This document shows, in pieces, positions 38,374 through 48,935 of a stretch of DNA of 64,000 nt. Under the pieces are notes generated by a model that saw only the letters and a list, made by a program, of their open reading frames with translations, made no database searches and was not told the origin of the DNA. Numbering within the stretch: the stretch's first letter is position 1; every line of letters starts with the position of its first letter. The stretch comes from a virus. Where the stretch lies: the IMG/VR virus record IMGVR_UViG_3300034037_000036, positions 17,781 through 81,780 of that record; one strand, given 5' to 3'. A program made the position numbers and the translations under genes.

Positions 38374-40092
38374 TTATTTTTTTAATTTATTCAAAAAAGA
38401 ATTTAATTTTTGTTTTATATCATCATTTCCTTTATTTTCATTTTCAACAAACATAGATGCTTCTGTTGTATTGTTAAATAGGAAACTTCCAGGTGAACTT
38501 GGTCTATGAACAATATCCCAACAAATCAAATCAAAATCATCAGCTACTTTAACAACACCACTATTATCTCTAACTAAAGTTCCAGCACCTCTTAATGAAA
38601 TACCTATTGTTACATTATTTCTTAACAAGTTTGCAATTCTATCACCTTCACATGATATGATACCTTGTTCAACAAAAGCAGGAGACATTAAAATTTCAAT
38701 TTTACCCAAAATTGTGTTTTTATCCCACCAAATATCTCTTATTATATGAGAAACATTTTTATTATGAATTGAAGGTCTTGTCGGATGGTCGCTATTATGT
38801 GTCCATAAAATTGAATCATTAAATTTCATTAACCAAGTTCCATTTTCTACGGTAACACAATAAACCATATCATCATAAGGAATTTTTTCAGCTTTTAAAG
38901 AACCATCATATAATCTAATACCATTATCTTTTTTTCTAATGGTGATTATTGTTTCATATTCATCTTTTATTTCATCCAACCCAAAAACAAGTTCTTTTTT
39001 TACTTTATTTATGGTTAATTGGTAAGAAGATTTTAATGCAATTTCTGTGATAAGAGATAAATAATTTTCATTTATATTTCTATAACTTTGTTCAATATAA
39101 TTTGAACATACATTTGATATGTTTCCATTACCAACATGCATCCAATCAAAAATTAATTTGAAATGTAAATCACTTAGATTTTTTATACTATCAGGTAATG
39201 CTCTTTCTTTTAAAGAACCAAATTTTGCTAATTCAGTAATAAGATTTTCATCACTTATAATAATATTATAGTTATCAGTATCGTAATAATTTAATTTTAA
39301 TTGATTTAATATTGATTTAATAGGATTTATATTATTTTGGTTATAATTTATAATAATGTTATTATTGTCAATATAACCAGCAGATAAATAAATGCCAACA
39401 AATTTAGCCCACAAAAAAGAATTTAATTTTTTATTTCCTATTTTAATAGAATGGGTAATTTTACCTTTCCAATTACCACTTGATTTTATATATGAATTTA
39501 ATACTTTTTTATCATTTTCTTTTATTTTATTATATAAATCTTCTGCTAATAATATATATGGTGAATTATTTTCATCCCAAAGAACAATTTTATGATTTTT
39601 TGTGACCATCATCTCAATACCACTTTCATTTTTTATTTTAATTAAATCATCTTTATAGTGGTGAGATGGTTTTTTTAATATTTTCTGTATTTCAATTTGA
39701 TTAGTTTCAAGATTAAGAGTATAAATTTCATCATCGTCTTTTAAATCTTCAATATTAACCCAACCATTTTTTGTAAAAATTTTTGTCCCTTTTGGAACAC
39801 ATTCACCAACGGCTTGATTTGTTTTTATATATTCTTTATATTTTTCAACCTCTCTTTCAAGAATGTATTTTTCATAAATTCTATTGTTTCTATTAACAAC
39901 ATTTGCTTTTCCTAATATTGCGATAAATTCTAACGGTTCTTTTATTTTAATTCCATTATCTGTTTTAATAAAACTTTCTGATATAATTTTTTTATTTTCA
40001 TTATTATTGGGATCTATTGAGCCAAATTCACTTTCAATAATAATTCCATATTTGTTAATATCTTTATTCGTCAAAATTTTAAATTTATCCAT
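38374..40092 (-). CDS. gp21: prohead core protease (T4 gp21-like) with an intein
   Basis: ANVVNRNNRIYEK..LEREV, AVGE|intein|SDHP, VSHII, GKIEIL, IGISLRGAG, DFDLICWDIVHRPSSPG. Confidence 0.9.
   Translation of the reverse strand: MDKFKILTNKDINKYGIIIESEFGSIDPNNNENKKIISESFIKTDNGIKIKEPLEFIAILGKANVVNRNNRIYEKYILEREVEKYKEYIKTNQAVGECVPKGTKIFTKNGWVNIEDLKDDDEIYTLNLETNQIEIQKILKKPSHHYKDDLIKIKNESGIEMMVTKNHKIVLWDENNSPYILLAEDLYNKIKENDKKVLNSYIKSSGNWKGKITHSIKIGNKKLNSFLWAKFVGIYLSAGYIDNNNIIINYNQNNINPIKSILNQLKLNYYDTDNYNIIISDENLITELAKFGSLKERALPDSIKNLSDLHFKLIFDWMHVGNGNISNVCSNYIEQSYRNINENYLSLITEIALKSSYQLTINKVKKELVFGLDEIKDEYETIITIRKKDNGIRLYDGSLKAEKIPYDDMVYCVTVENGTWLMKFNDSILWTHNSDHPTRPSIHNKNVSHIIRDIWWDKNTILGKIEILMSPAFVEQGIISCEGDRIANLLRNNVTIGISLRGAGTLVRDNSGVVKVADDFDLICWDIVHRPSSPGSFLFNNTTEASMFVENENKGNDDIKQKLNSFLNKLKK
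38794..39801 (-). mobile_element. intein (336 aa) in the prohead protease
   Basis: Starts CVPKGTKIFTKNG, block B VTKNH, ends YCVTVENGTWLMKFNDSILWTHN with +1 Ser. Confidence 0.92.
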
Positions 40093-40256
40093 TCACATAA
40101 ATTTTAATTTTATTATTAAACATCTAAAATCCATCACTATTACAAATAAATATGATGAATTGTTTTTATATTCCTTAATATAAATATTAAATTTTAATAT
40201 ATTGTGTTAATTTATTAAGAAAAAAGCAATATTTTTAAAAAAAATGAAATTAAGAT

Positions 40257-40619
40257 ATGGGTGTTAAAATTGTTGATAAAATAGATAAGGATTATAAAAT
40301 TATGTCAATTGGAAATGATTGTTTTTCAATTATTAAAATTAAAAGTAATTTTATAAAAAAAGATGGTGAATTAAATATTTATTATGTTAAAAATAAATTG
40401 TGGGTTTTTATCAATAATCTAATAAAAAATAAATATAATGATTATTTTAAAGATACTTTTTTTATAACTTATACATCAAAATTCAAAAATATAAATAAGA
40501 ATAAAAATCTAATAGTTTTTGAAATAAATATATTCCCTAAAAAAAATGAAAACTTTGATGAAAAAATACGTGAGTTTATTGATGATATTGACTTAAATGA
40601 GATTATTAAATTGATATAA
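40257..40619 (+). CDS. hypothetical protein
   Basis: 120-aa ORF opposite the head operon that exactly fills the gap. Confidence 0.55.
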   Translation: MGVKIVDKIDKDYKIMSIGNDCFSIIKIKSNFIKKDGELNIYYVKNKLWVFINNLIKNKYNDYFKDTFFITYTSKFKNINKNKNLIVFEINIFPKKNENFDEKIREFIDDIDLNEIIKLI

Positions 40620-40982
40620 TTATTCCCCCATCTTTTTCCAAAAGATTAAAAACCCCATAATAGCTTGTATTATAGACCATATAGTAATAGCTTTAACTTT
40701 AAAAGTTTTTAACGAATCAATTTCATTATATAAATGATCGATTTCTTCTTTATTTAATAATGGTTCAACTTCATTTTTCCATTTCTTTATTGATTTTAAA
40801 TCATCAATGGAAATTACCTCATCCAAATTATCCTTCCACTTGGTTATTGAATCCAACACAACAATACTTTTATCAATTCTATTAATATTTTCATACAAAT
40901 AATCTAACTTATTATTTATGTCTTTTTGCGTTTCTCTAATCTCATCCAATCTATGTATGATAATGTCTATATTTGAACTCAT
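40620..40982 (-). CDS. coiled-coil protein with a C-terminal TM (XhlA-like architecture)
   Basis: Heptad N-terminus (RLDEIRETQKDINNKLD) and a terminal hydrophobic helix (AITIWSIIQAIMGFLIFW). Confidence 0.6.
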   Translation of the reverse strand: MSSNIDIIIHRLDEIRETQKDINNKLDYLYENINRIDKSIVVLDSITKWKDNLDEVISIDDLKSIKKWKNEVEPLLNKEEIDHLYNEIDSLKTFKVKAITIWSIIQAIMGFLIFWKKMGE

Positions 40983-41764
40983 TTTAAGCTATTTTTTAAT
41001 GATATTAAATTTATCGCAGTTTGATTAAATGTATCTTCATAAAATTCACTATTTTCAATAACCTCATTTGCCTCTTTTAGTAGATTAAGAAGTTCACCAT
41101 CATTTTCATTATTTTTGTAATTTTCTTCAATCAATTTCTTACAATCACTTTTTAATTCTTCTAAAAAATTTATTTTTTTATTTGTATCGTTTTCAATAAT
41201 TATTGATAATAACTTTTTTTCTTCTTCATTTAAATCACGATATTTTTCATTAAATTTTTTAGTCGCTATTTTTAAAAATGCAGTTGTTGGAATAATATCA
41301 GTTTCTTCAGCAATTACATTTTTATCTGTATCATTAGTTAAAACTTCTTCACAAATATTGTTTATACATTCAATTAATAATTTTTTATTATTTTTGTTTA
41401 TCGTATAATTTTTTATATTTTCAAATAAAATATCTTCACTTAAATCAGATTCTATGTCAATTTTATTTTCGATTAAAAAAGTTTTCAATTTTTCAATTGA
41501 ATTATCAAAATCACTTTCACTATACCCATTCAATTCTGAAAGATTCATATTCACATATTCAATAAGCAATGGTTTTTCTTTAAACTTATTATTTTCAATA
41601 GCATGATATACTTTTATTAATTTTTTTAATTTTTTATCTTCAGTAATGAGTTTTATATATTTTTTTAGTAATTTTTTACCTTCTTCTTTTGATTTTAAAG
41701 TTCTTTTAAGAATTTCAGTAACTATGCTATCTTTTATATTTTTAAAATTGTTTGTTAATGACAT
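40979..41764 (-). CDS. hypothetical protein in the head module
   Basis: 261-aa helical ORF between portal and protease. Confidence 0.75.
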   Translation of the reverse strand: MSLTNNFKNIKDSIVTEILKRTLKSKEEGKKLLKKYIKLITEDKKLKKLIKVYHAIENNKFKEKPLLIEYVNMNLSELNGYSESDFDNSIEKLKTFLIENKIDIESDLSEDILFENIKNYTINKNNKKLLIECINNICEEVLTNDTDKNVIAEETDIIPTTAFLKIATKKFNEKYRDLNEEEKKLLSIIIENDTNKKINFLEELKSDCKKLIEENYKNNENDGELLNLLKEANEVIENSEFYEDTFNQTAINLISLKNSLK

Positions 41765-41865
41765 ATTATTAGTTTTTATTTTTTATTATTTCTAACATGA
41801 ATCTGTAATACCTTACACTTTTAAATATCGGGAAAAAAAGAAAAAAGGTTAAGTTTTGATAGTAT

Positions 41866-43668
41866 TTATTGGTTGTCTTTTGTTAATATATCATTAATTT
41901 CTTTAATTATCCCATCAATGCTTTCATTTATAATAAATTCTTTTGAATATGGTTTTGTATTTGTAATTATTGTTTTATTTTTTAATTTTTCATAGGATTC
42001 TTCAACATTTTCTTCATTGGTTTCAACATTTTCTTCACTTCCAATTTCCTCAAAAGCATTTCCAACAGATGGTGTTCCTCCCATACCTCCAATTTCCTCA
42101 TTATTTTCTTCTTCACCATTTTCTGCATTACCATAATCTGGATTACCATATAATTTATCTACTTCATCAAATAGTCCACTATTTTTAATAACATTTGATG
42201 TATTTTTAATTTCGTTACTTGCAGCAGCTTCAAGTCTTTGTTGCAAGAAATCCAATTTTATATCACTTTCATTCCATCCAAGAATTAGTTCTTTGGCTTT
42301 AGTCATACTCATTGGAGCAAATCCATTACCAATATCCCTTGTAGCATCATGGAACAATTGTATTTTTTGTTGCATTTGTTCCACCTTCAACATTTCAGCT
42401 TGGTTTGATGGATTGTTTAAGGTTAATGTGAAATTGGTTAATTCATCTTCAAAACCAAGTATCAATAAATGTGTTATTGCAATTTGATTAAGACCTCTTA
42501 ATATTGATTGCTGTATTCTATTTACAGTTCTTGAAAATCTAATATCTTTCAATGCTAAATTTTTACCCTCACCAACAGCTTCCTCAAACCCAATAAATTC
42601 TTTTGGTATTCTTAAACTTGATAATAATTTCTTTTGTAAATATTCAATATCAGCAATATCGGATAGGTTTTGTGCGCCAGGTAAAACTTCTATAGGACTT
42701 GGTGCATTTTCGTCTCTAACAGGAATAAAAATATCTTGGTCATTTGCTAATTGATTATATCTTAAATCAATTTGACCAGTTTTAGGGTCTATGATGGGAC
42801 TTCTTTTAAATCTATTAGCAATTTCATTTACATAAGAATATACATCTTCATCATCAATATTACCAACATATATTTTATAAATTCTTCTTTCTGCTGCTCT
42901 TGTTACTCTATATATTAACATTGCATCTTCTGCTAAAACAAGTTGCTTCCAAATTCTTCTTGATTTTTCTAATATTGAAGTTCCGTATGGTAATCTTCTG
43001 TCATCTCCTAATAATCTAAAATGTATGACTTGCCAGGGTTTAAATGTTATATTATTTGATCTCCATACAAATTCAACCTTTTGTTCTTTAAGAGTTCCAT
43101 CATCATTAATTTGTTTCTTTAAATTACCCTCTCTTCTTTCAATTTCAATGTTTGGTAATTGTCTTGCACCAATAATCCCATTTTTATTGTTTATATTTAA
43201 TAAAATAAAATTATCACCATACTTACACAAATTTCTTACCCACATTGGTAATACACTGTGTAAATCTAATCTGTTGTAAAATAAATCTTCAAGAATTTTT
43301 ACAATTCTTTTTGATTTTGAATATATATTTAGCATTTTACCATTTGAATCTACAGTTGTACTTTCTTCCATAAAAATATCTAATGCTGCAGATATTTCAG
43401 GGTAAAATTCCATAGATTCAAAATCAGAATATGCTGCTAATCTTGTAGTCTCATAATTGACACTATTTCTATAAACTTCATTTTCAACTTTAACCCATAA
43501 ACTGTTTAAGAATTTTTGTTGTTGTTTTTCAAGTTTAATTCTATTATATTCATCTATATTTTTAGCTATATATTCCTTTCTATCTGATAAGTCAATAAAT
43601 CTAGATATATTACCAACATTAGTATTAAATTGTTCAGATAATTTTTGAAAAACAGTTTTTTTTGACAT
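41866..43668 (-). CDS. gp20: portal protein (T4 gp20-like)
   Basis: YPEISAALDIF.EE, LPYGTSILEKSRRIWKQLVLAEDAMLIYRVTRAAERRIYKIYVGN, QDIFIPVR, IADIEYLQKKLLSSLRIP, DIRFSRTVNRIQ. Confidence 0.95.
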   Translation of the reverse strand: MSKKTVFQKLSEQFNTNVGNISRFIDLSDRKEYIAKNIDEYNRIKLEKQQQKFLNSLWVKVENEVYRNSVNYETTRLAAYSDFESMEFYPEISAALDIFMEESTTVDSNGKMLNIYSKSKRIVKILEDLFYNRLDLHSVLPMWVRNLCKYGDNFILLNINNKNGIIGARQLPNIEIERREGNLKKQINDDGTLKEQKVEFVWRSNNITFKPWQVIHFRLLGDDRRLPYGTSILEKSRRIWKQLVLAEDAMLIYRVTRAAERRIYKIYVGNIDDEDVYSYVNEIANRFKRSPIIDPKTGQIDLRYNQLANDQDIFIPVRDENAPSPIEVLPGAQNLSDIADIEYLQKKLLSSLRIPKEFIGFEEAVGEGKNLALKDIRFSRTVNRIQQSILRGLNQIAITHLLILGFEDELTNFTLTLNNPSNQAEMLKVEQMQQKIQLFHDATRDIGNGFAPMSMTKAKELILGWNESDIKLDFLQQRLEAAASNEIKNTSNVIKNSGLFDEVDKLYGNPDYGNAENGEEENNEEIGGMGGTPSVGNAFEEIGSEENVETNEENVEESYEKLKNKTIITNTKPYSKEFIINESIDGIIKEINDILTKDNQ

Positions 43669-43689
43669 TTAAAATAAATTTATGTTTAA

Positions 43690-43923
43690 TTATTCAACAT
43701 AATCACATTCAACATATGCAAGTCTATATTTTTTATTTTTCTTTTCGTCATAATGTATTTCATAAACATAATCAACAAAATAATCTTCACCAAGCGGATT
43801 TGAAGCTGTAGCGTTACAAAATTGTTTTACAATAGTATCATCATCACTAACTTTTGGGTTTAGTGTTGTGGTTGGTGTCCATTTTAAACCACCAATTTTA
43901 GAATAGAAAAATTTTTTGCTCAT
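43690..43923 (-). CDS. hypothetical protein
   Basis: 77-aa ORF overlapping the terminase stop. Confidence 0.65.
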   Translation of the reverse strand: MSKKFFYSKIGGLKWTPTTTLNPKVSDDDTIVKQFCNATASNPLGEDYFVDYVYEIHYDEKKNKKYRLAYVECDYVE

Positions 43924-46900
43924 TTTTTAAAGTTTTTTCCGAATAACCAAATATAATCATCATTTTGGTTATTGTTATTATTATTAATAAACCAATCAGT
44001 TTTGTTAGGTCTTTTATTATAAATATTCTGTTTAAGATCTTTTCCCGAAACCCATGCATTAATCATTGCTTTTGTCATATTTTTTGATTTTTCCAATTCT
44101 TTAAAAGACCTTTCAAGAACCCATAAAGCCATTGCCGAAGCCATTATTAAATCATCATTTTTTCCTGGCTTATGATCTGGTCTCCCCTTATTATTATATA
44201 CAAATGTTTTTAATTCATTTACTAATCTTATTGACCTTATTTTAAATTCATTATTTCTTAACATATATTCAAAATGTGAAATCATTTGAAGTCTAACACC
44301 AGAAGCATTAAATCCTGGTATTTTCCCATCTTTTGAATGTATATTTAATTTTTTATTTAATGAATTTCCAATACTTTTATCATAATATAATTTATCATAT
44401 CCTTTATTTAATAATTGTAATATTGTTGAAACACCAATACCACCAGCAATATCAATAACTGTAAATGCATTATATAGATTCCCATATTCTTCTATTATTT
44501 CTGCAAATTCATCTGGCAAACATTTTCCTTGATATTCCATAACTTGCTCCATCTCATCAGTATCAATAACAACAATTGTTGAATAATCTTTACCATCACC
44601 TCTTGCCACATCGCAATTATGTGTGGTTATATGATGACAAATATAAGTATGAGTATCACATTCAAAATTATATACAACACCAGAATATTTGGTGGTATCT
44701 ATGTTAGATATGGTAAATAATATATAATCATTATTTTCAATGAATTTTTTTTGAATGTTGTTTGGTTCTTTAATTAAATCTGCTGTAATAATATTATCAT
44801 TAACATTTATTTCTTTTAATATTTCATTTAATAATTTATAGCTATAATAGTTATCTAATTTTAGATAAATAATATTTAGGTTATGTATTGGATTATATAA
44901 TAATTGGGACATTTCTGAAAAAACTCCCAATGATAATAAAATATTTTGAATTGATTCCAATATCTCAATATCATAATGTACAAATAATATTTCTAACACT
45001 TCTTCATTAAAAATATTATATTCCCCACAGCCATCAAAAAATCCTTTTATTATATGTTTTTTAAAATTTAAATCAAGATGTTTTATTTCTTCCGATATTA
45101 TTTTATTATTTTCATTATAAAATACTTTATTGAAAAATTTATATAATATATCATCATTTATTTCTATTTTAATTGTATTACTACAAAAATCTATTTTTAA
45201 ATCTATATTTAATTTATTGGCAATATTATTTTTTATATTTTCTAATATACGTTTTTGTTTATCATGTAATACTATAGTAATATTATCATTTAAAGCCGTT
45301 CCTTTTGCAATAAACACACCAACAAACCACCAAAATATTTCATCTTTAAAAATATATTCTTTATCTTCGTCTATAAAATCTTTAATAATAGTATTAATAT
45401 CAATAATATTTTTTTTATATACATTTGGGAATTTTATTATATCACCAACATTTACATTTTCACATTTTACGTATTCAAAATTATCCCCACCATCTTTTGA
45501 AACCAATATCGGATGTTCTTTTGTGAATTTTGTTGTTCGTAAAGTGTGAGATAATTTTATTTCATATAAAGGTTCATCTTTTACCTCATATATTTGTTTA
45601 TTGATAATATTAACATATTCACCATTTTCATTTATCAGTTTAAAATTATTATCAATATCTTCAATGTTTTTTAATCCTTTATTTGTTAAAACTTTTTCTC
45701 CTGGTGGTAAACATCCCATTATATATTTATGATCGTTTTGTGGATATTTCCATATATAAAACTCATCATTTTCCCCACCAATCCATTCTGGTTCTTTAAC
45801 ATTGGTTTTTTCATGCATCATTATAACATCATCAGATATTACATTTCCACCAGAACCAATAAAAGAAACATCCAATTCTTGTGCAATCATTCTTTTGTTA
45901 CCATTTAAAGCATCACACATTTCAATATACCAATCAGATATTGGTTTCCACCCATCCTCAATTCTTTTGTTATAAGATTCAATTGTAAAGTCTTTTTCAT
46001 ATTCAACTATTTCATCAAACCCACCATCATCTAATGGTATTTTCTTTACCCATCTTAAATTTTTATTATATCTTGGATCTTCATACCATCTTAATTCAAT
46101 AACATTAAACCCGTTCTTTTTTTCTTTTGCTTGTATATATGTTTCATAATATAATGGGTCTTGACCATTTGGGGTTTGGTGTCCCAATATACCATTATAA
46201 ATTATTGAATGACACCAAAAATCTTCACTATGGGGTAGTGAAAAATCATATGTATAATTTTCAGATGATTTTATTGATATAATTTTATCCCAATATATAT
46301 TTTCAGATATTATAGATAAAATATCAAAATCAACATCAGTAAATTCAAATGGTTTTTCTTTTAATAGTTTATGTTTTAAAATTATTAAATCTTCTCTATT
46401 TATTTCGTTTTTGTATTTATTAATAATTTCAGACGCTTTTAATTTAGTTTCTGAATACTCAACACATCTATTTTTTATTGATACAACCCAATTCATTAAA
46501 TTAGGTATATTATCTTCAGAATGATAATCGTAATCAAAATTAAAATTTGATGGGAATACCAATCTGTTGAACAATGAATAAACTACATTAAGAAATTTAC
46601 CAGTAATTGATAATTTATAAGTTATTGAAGTATTTTCAAAATCATTATCAATAAATTTTGTTATTTTAGATAAAACACCAAGATTATTTAATAACATTGA
46701 AATTTGTCTTAGTAAAAATAAAGATTCTGATTCCAAATACAATTCACCATTTTTATATTTTGAACCAGTAAAAATACCTTCCAGAAGTCCAATTGTAGCT
46801 TTTTTTGAAAGAGACATCAATTTTTTTGGTAATACAATTTCGGAAACATCGCAATTTATCTCAATACCTATGGATTTTATTAACCTTAAAAAAGAATCCT

Positions 46901-48935
46901 CAGATATATTTATTCGTTTTAACGCATTTTTTACTTTTGATGATAATAGTTTCCTACCAATAGTATATTTGTTTGAAATTATATAACCAATAATAACAGA
47001 TATTTTATCATCAATGGATGTTATTTTATCACCATTTTTATAAGTTATATCATCAATAGTTAAGTCATCGTTCCCCCATATATTCATTCCATACTGTATA
47101 GCTACACGATCACCAACTCTTAAATTTTTTAATTTTGTCCATTTAAAACCTTCCCCATTTATATAAGTAAACAATTTATGGTTTAAAGAACCTTCAATCC
47201 AAGAATATTCTGTTAATATTTTTTTAGTTTCAACATATCCATTATTTTTAAATAAATTTCCTTTTCTTAATTTATCTTTTCCAAGAACATTGTATTCATC
47301 AATTTCATAACCACCAATTTTATCTTCATCTATAAAATCATATACATTTCTTAATCCCTTGTCAGTAAAAACAAACGTATCTTTTGTTACACATGATATT
47401 AATGTGGCTCTACCACCAGTATTGTGTGAAATAAAACCATTACTAATAAATGAATTTGTTTTAGGTACATGTAAATCATAAGTTACATCTTCATAAGTTT
47501 CTATTGATACTATTTTATCAAAATAATATGATATGTTGGGATATTGGGCAATTTCTGCAATAAAATCATTATATATCATTATATAATTGTTGCCAATTTT
47601 AGGAATGTAACCTAAATTGAGTAATAAAACACCTAAATCATTTAACACCTTACTATTGTTACAGAAATATTTTATATTATCATTTTTTCCTCTTGCAATT
47701 GGATATATAAAATTTTCAACTACTATCTTTGGAGAAGTCAATATTTTTCTTGGGAAAACATTGTCTTTATCAGGCATTATATCATTTACAAATGAAATAA
47801 AATCTTTACTATCAATAATTAAATTATCATTTTCATAATAAAAATTAACTAATAAAGTATTTAATGTTTTTTCTATTTTTTCAGAATCATATATAAATTC
47901 TTTTTTTATTGATATTTTATCTGAAACTTCGCCAAAAAAGAAAATTAAACCCAATATTCTACATAGTTGTTCATCTTGGGATAAATTTAACGGTAAATTT
48001 ATATCAAAATAATCACCAATGATTTCATCATTTTTTCCAAACATTTGTTGAGAAAATGTTATTAAAGGAGAATCACCCACCTTTAAATCACACATTTTTA
48101 CCCATTTATTTTCATCATCCCCACCAATTAATATTGGATGTTTCCAACTACCTTCAAGAGTTAATCCTAACCTTGTTTTTATTTTATATACTGTTGATTT
48201 TTCTGATACAAATGTTTTGGTAACATCTTCTAAATATCCTGAATAATTACATACTTTAAATTTGTTTTTTAATTCAGAAAATCCAACTGTTTCTTTTTCT
48301 TCCAGCAAATCATACAATTCAACCAAACCATTTTCAGTTAATATTAAAGTATCTTTTTTTAAACAACCTAACGACATTAATGCAGCACTAAATACTTCAA
48401 CACCATTATCAATAAAAGCCGCCTCATCCATAACAAGATAAGTTGGTGTATATCCCCTAAGCGCATCTTTTGAAGTTGCAACGGCTTTTGCACGGGAACC
48501 ATTTGGTAACAACAATTCTTTTTTTGATTCTCTAATAAAAATATTTAATGTGCTATTGATATAATATTCGTATCCCCATACCCATCTTGGCATTTGTGAT
48601 AAGAAGTCTTTAACTTTTGCAAGAAATTCTTGTGCCATATCCTGCTTATTTGCAAGAATAAGTATAGCTTCAGGACTATTTTTATCGGCAAAAGCAATTT
48701 TAACGGCAAGATATGCTGCTGTAACAGTAGATACACCCGCTTGTCTTGGTTTTGCAATGATATTTAATCTATGATCTTCATATGCTTTAATAATGTCTTT
48801 TTGTTTTGGAAATAATTTGAATTGAACAAATTTATCTTGTGTTTTATCAAATGTTTCTAAATACGTTTCAATTGCATATATTGGGTCAATTAAACATTTT
48901 GCATATTCTTTTATTATTTCATCTCTAGATAACAT
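43920..48935 (-). CDS. terL: terminase large subunit (gp17-like) with three inteins; about 584 aa after splicing
   Basis: KPRQAGVST (Walker A), LVMDEAAF (Walker B), IS|TPNG coupling motif, AQELDVSF, YIMG|CDVARGDGKDYS nuclease motif, NDDLIMA. Confidence 0.96.
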   Translation of the reverse strand: MLSRDEIIKEYAKCLIDPIYAIETYLETFDKTQDKFVQFKLFPKQKDIIKAYEDHRLNIIAKPRQAGVSTVTAAYLAVKIAFADKNSPEAILILANKQDMAQEFLAKVKDFLSQMPRWVWGYEYYINSTLNIFIRESKKELLLPNGSRAKAVATSKDALRGYTPTYLVMDEAAFIDNGVEVFSAALMSLGCLKKDTLILTENGLVELYDLLEEKETVGFSELKNKFKVCNYSGYLEDVTKTFVSEKSTVYKIKTRLGLTLEGSWKHPILIGGDDENKWVKMCDLKVGDSPLITFSQQMFGKNDEIIGDYFDINLPLNLSQDEQLCRILGLIFFFGEVSDKISIKKEFIYDSEKIEKTLNTLLVNFYYENDNLIIDSKDFISFVNDIMPDKDNVFPRKILTSPKIVVENFIYPIARGKNDNIKYFCNNSKVLNDLGVLLLNLGYIPKIGNNYIMIYNDFIAEIAQYPNISYYFDKIVSIETYEDVTYDLHVPKTNSFISNGFISHNTGGRATLISCVTKDTFVFTDKGLRNVYDFIDEDKIGGYEIDEYNVLGKDKLRKGNLFKNNGYVETKKILTEYSWIEGSLNHKLFTYINGEGFKWTKLKNLRVGDRVAIQYGMNIWGNDDLTIDDITYKNGDKITSIDDKISVIIGYIISNKYTIGRKLLSSKVKNALKRINISEDSFLRLIKSIGIEINCDVSEIVLPKKLMSLSKKATIGLLEGIFTGSKYKNGELYLESESLFLLRQISMLLNNLGVLSKITKFIDNDFENTSITYKLSITGKFLNVVYSLFNRLVFPSNFNFDYDYHSEDNIPNLMNWVVSIKNRCVEYSETKLKASEIINKYKNEINREDLIILKHKLLKEKPFEFTDVDFDILSIISENIYWDKIISIKSSENYTYDFSLPHSEDFWCHSIIYNGILGHQTPNGQDPLYYETYIQAKEKKNGFNVIELRWYEDPRYNKNLRWVKKIPLDDGGFDEIVEYEKDFTIESYNKRIEDGWKPISDWYIEMCDALNGNKRMIAQELDVSFIGSGGNVISDDVIMMHEKTNVKEPEWIGGENDEFYIWKYPQNDHKYIMGCLPPGEKVLTNKGLKNIEDIDNNFKLINENGEYVNIINKQIYEVKDEPLYEIKLSHTLRTTKFTKEHPILVSKDGGDNFEYVKCENVNVGDIIKFPNVYKKNIIDINTIIKDFIDEDKEYIFKDEIFWWFVGVFIAKGTALNDNITIVLHDKQKRILENIKNNIANKLNIDLKIDFCSNTIKIEINDDILYKFFNKVFYNENNKIISEEIKHLDLNFKKHIIKGFFDGCGEYNIFNEEVLEILFVHYDIEILESIQNILLSLGVFSEMSQLLYNPIHNLNIIYLKLDNYYSYKLLNEILKEINVNDNIITADLIKEPNNIQKKFIENNDYILFTISNIDTTKYSGVVYNFECDTHTYICHHITTHNCDVARGDGKDYSTIVVIDTDEMEQVMEYQGKCLPDEFAEIIEEYGNLYNAFTVIDIAGGIGVSTILQLLNKGYDKLYYDKSIGNSLNKKLNIHSKDGKIPGFNASGVRLQMISHFEYMLRNNEFKIRSIRLVNELKTFVYNNKGRPDHKPGKNDDLIMASAMALWVLERSFKELEKSKNMTKAMINAWVSGKDLKQNIYNKRPNKTDWFINNNNNNQNDDYIWLFGKNFKK
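44616..45713 (-). mobile_element. TerL intein 3 (366 aa)
   Basis: IMG|CLPPGEKVLTNKG ... VYNFECDTHTYICHHITTHN|CDVARG. Confidence 0.92.
46176..47393 (-). mobile_element. TerL intein 2 (406 aa), C-terminal Gln
   Basis: LIS|CVTKDTFVFTDKG ... YDFSLPHSEDFWCHSIIYNGILGHQ|TPNG. Confidence 0.9.
47421..48365 (-). mobile_element. TerL intein 1 (315 aa)
   Basis: SLG|CLKKDTLILTENG ... YDLHVPKTNSFISNGFISHN|T. Confidence 0.92.
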
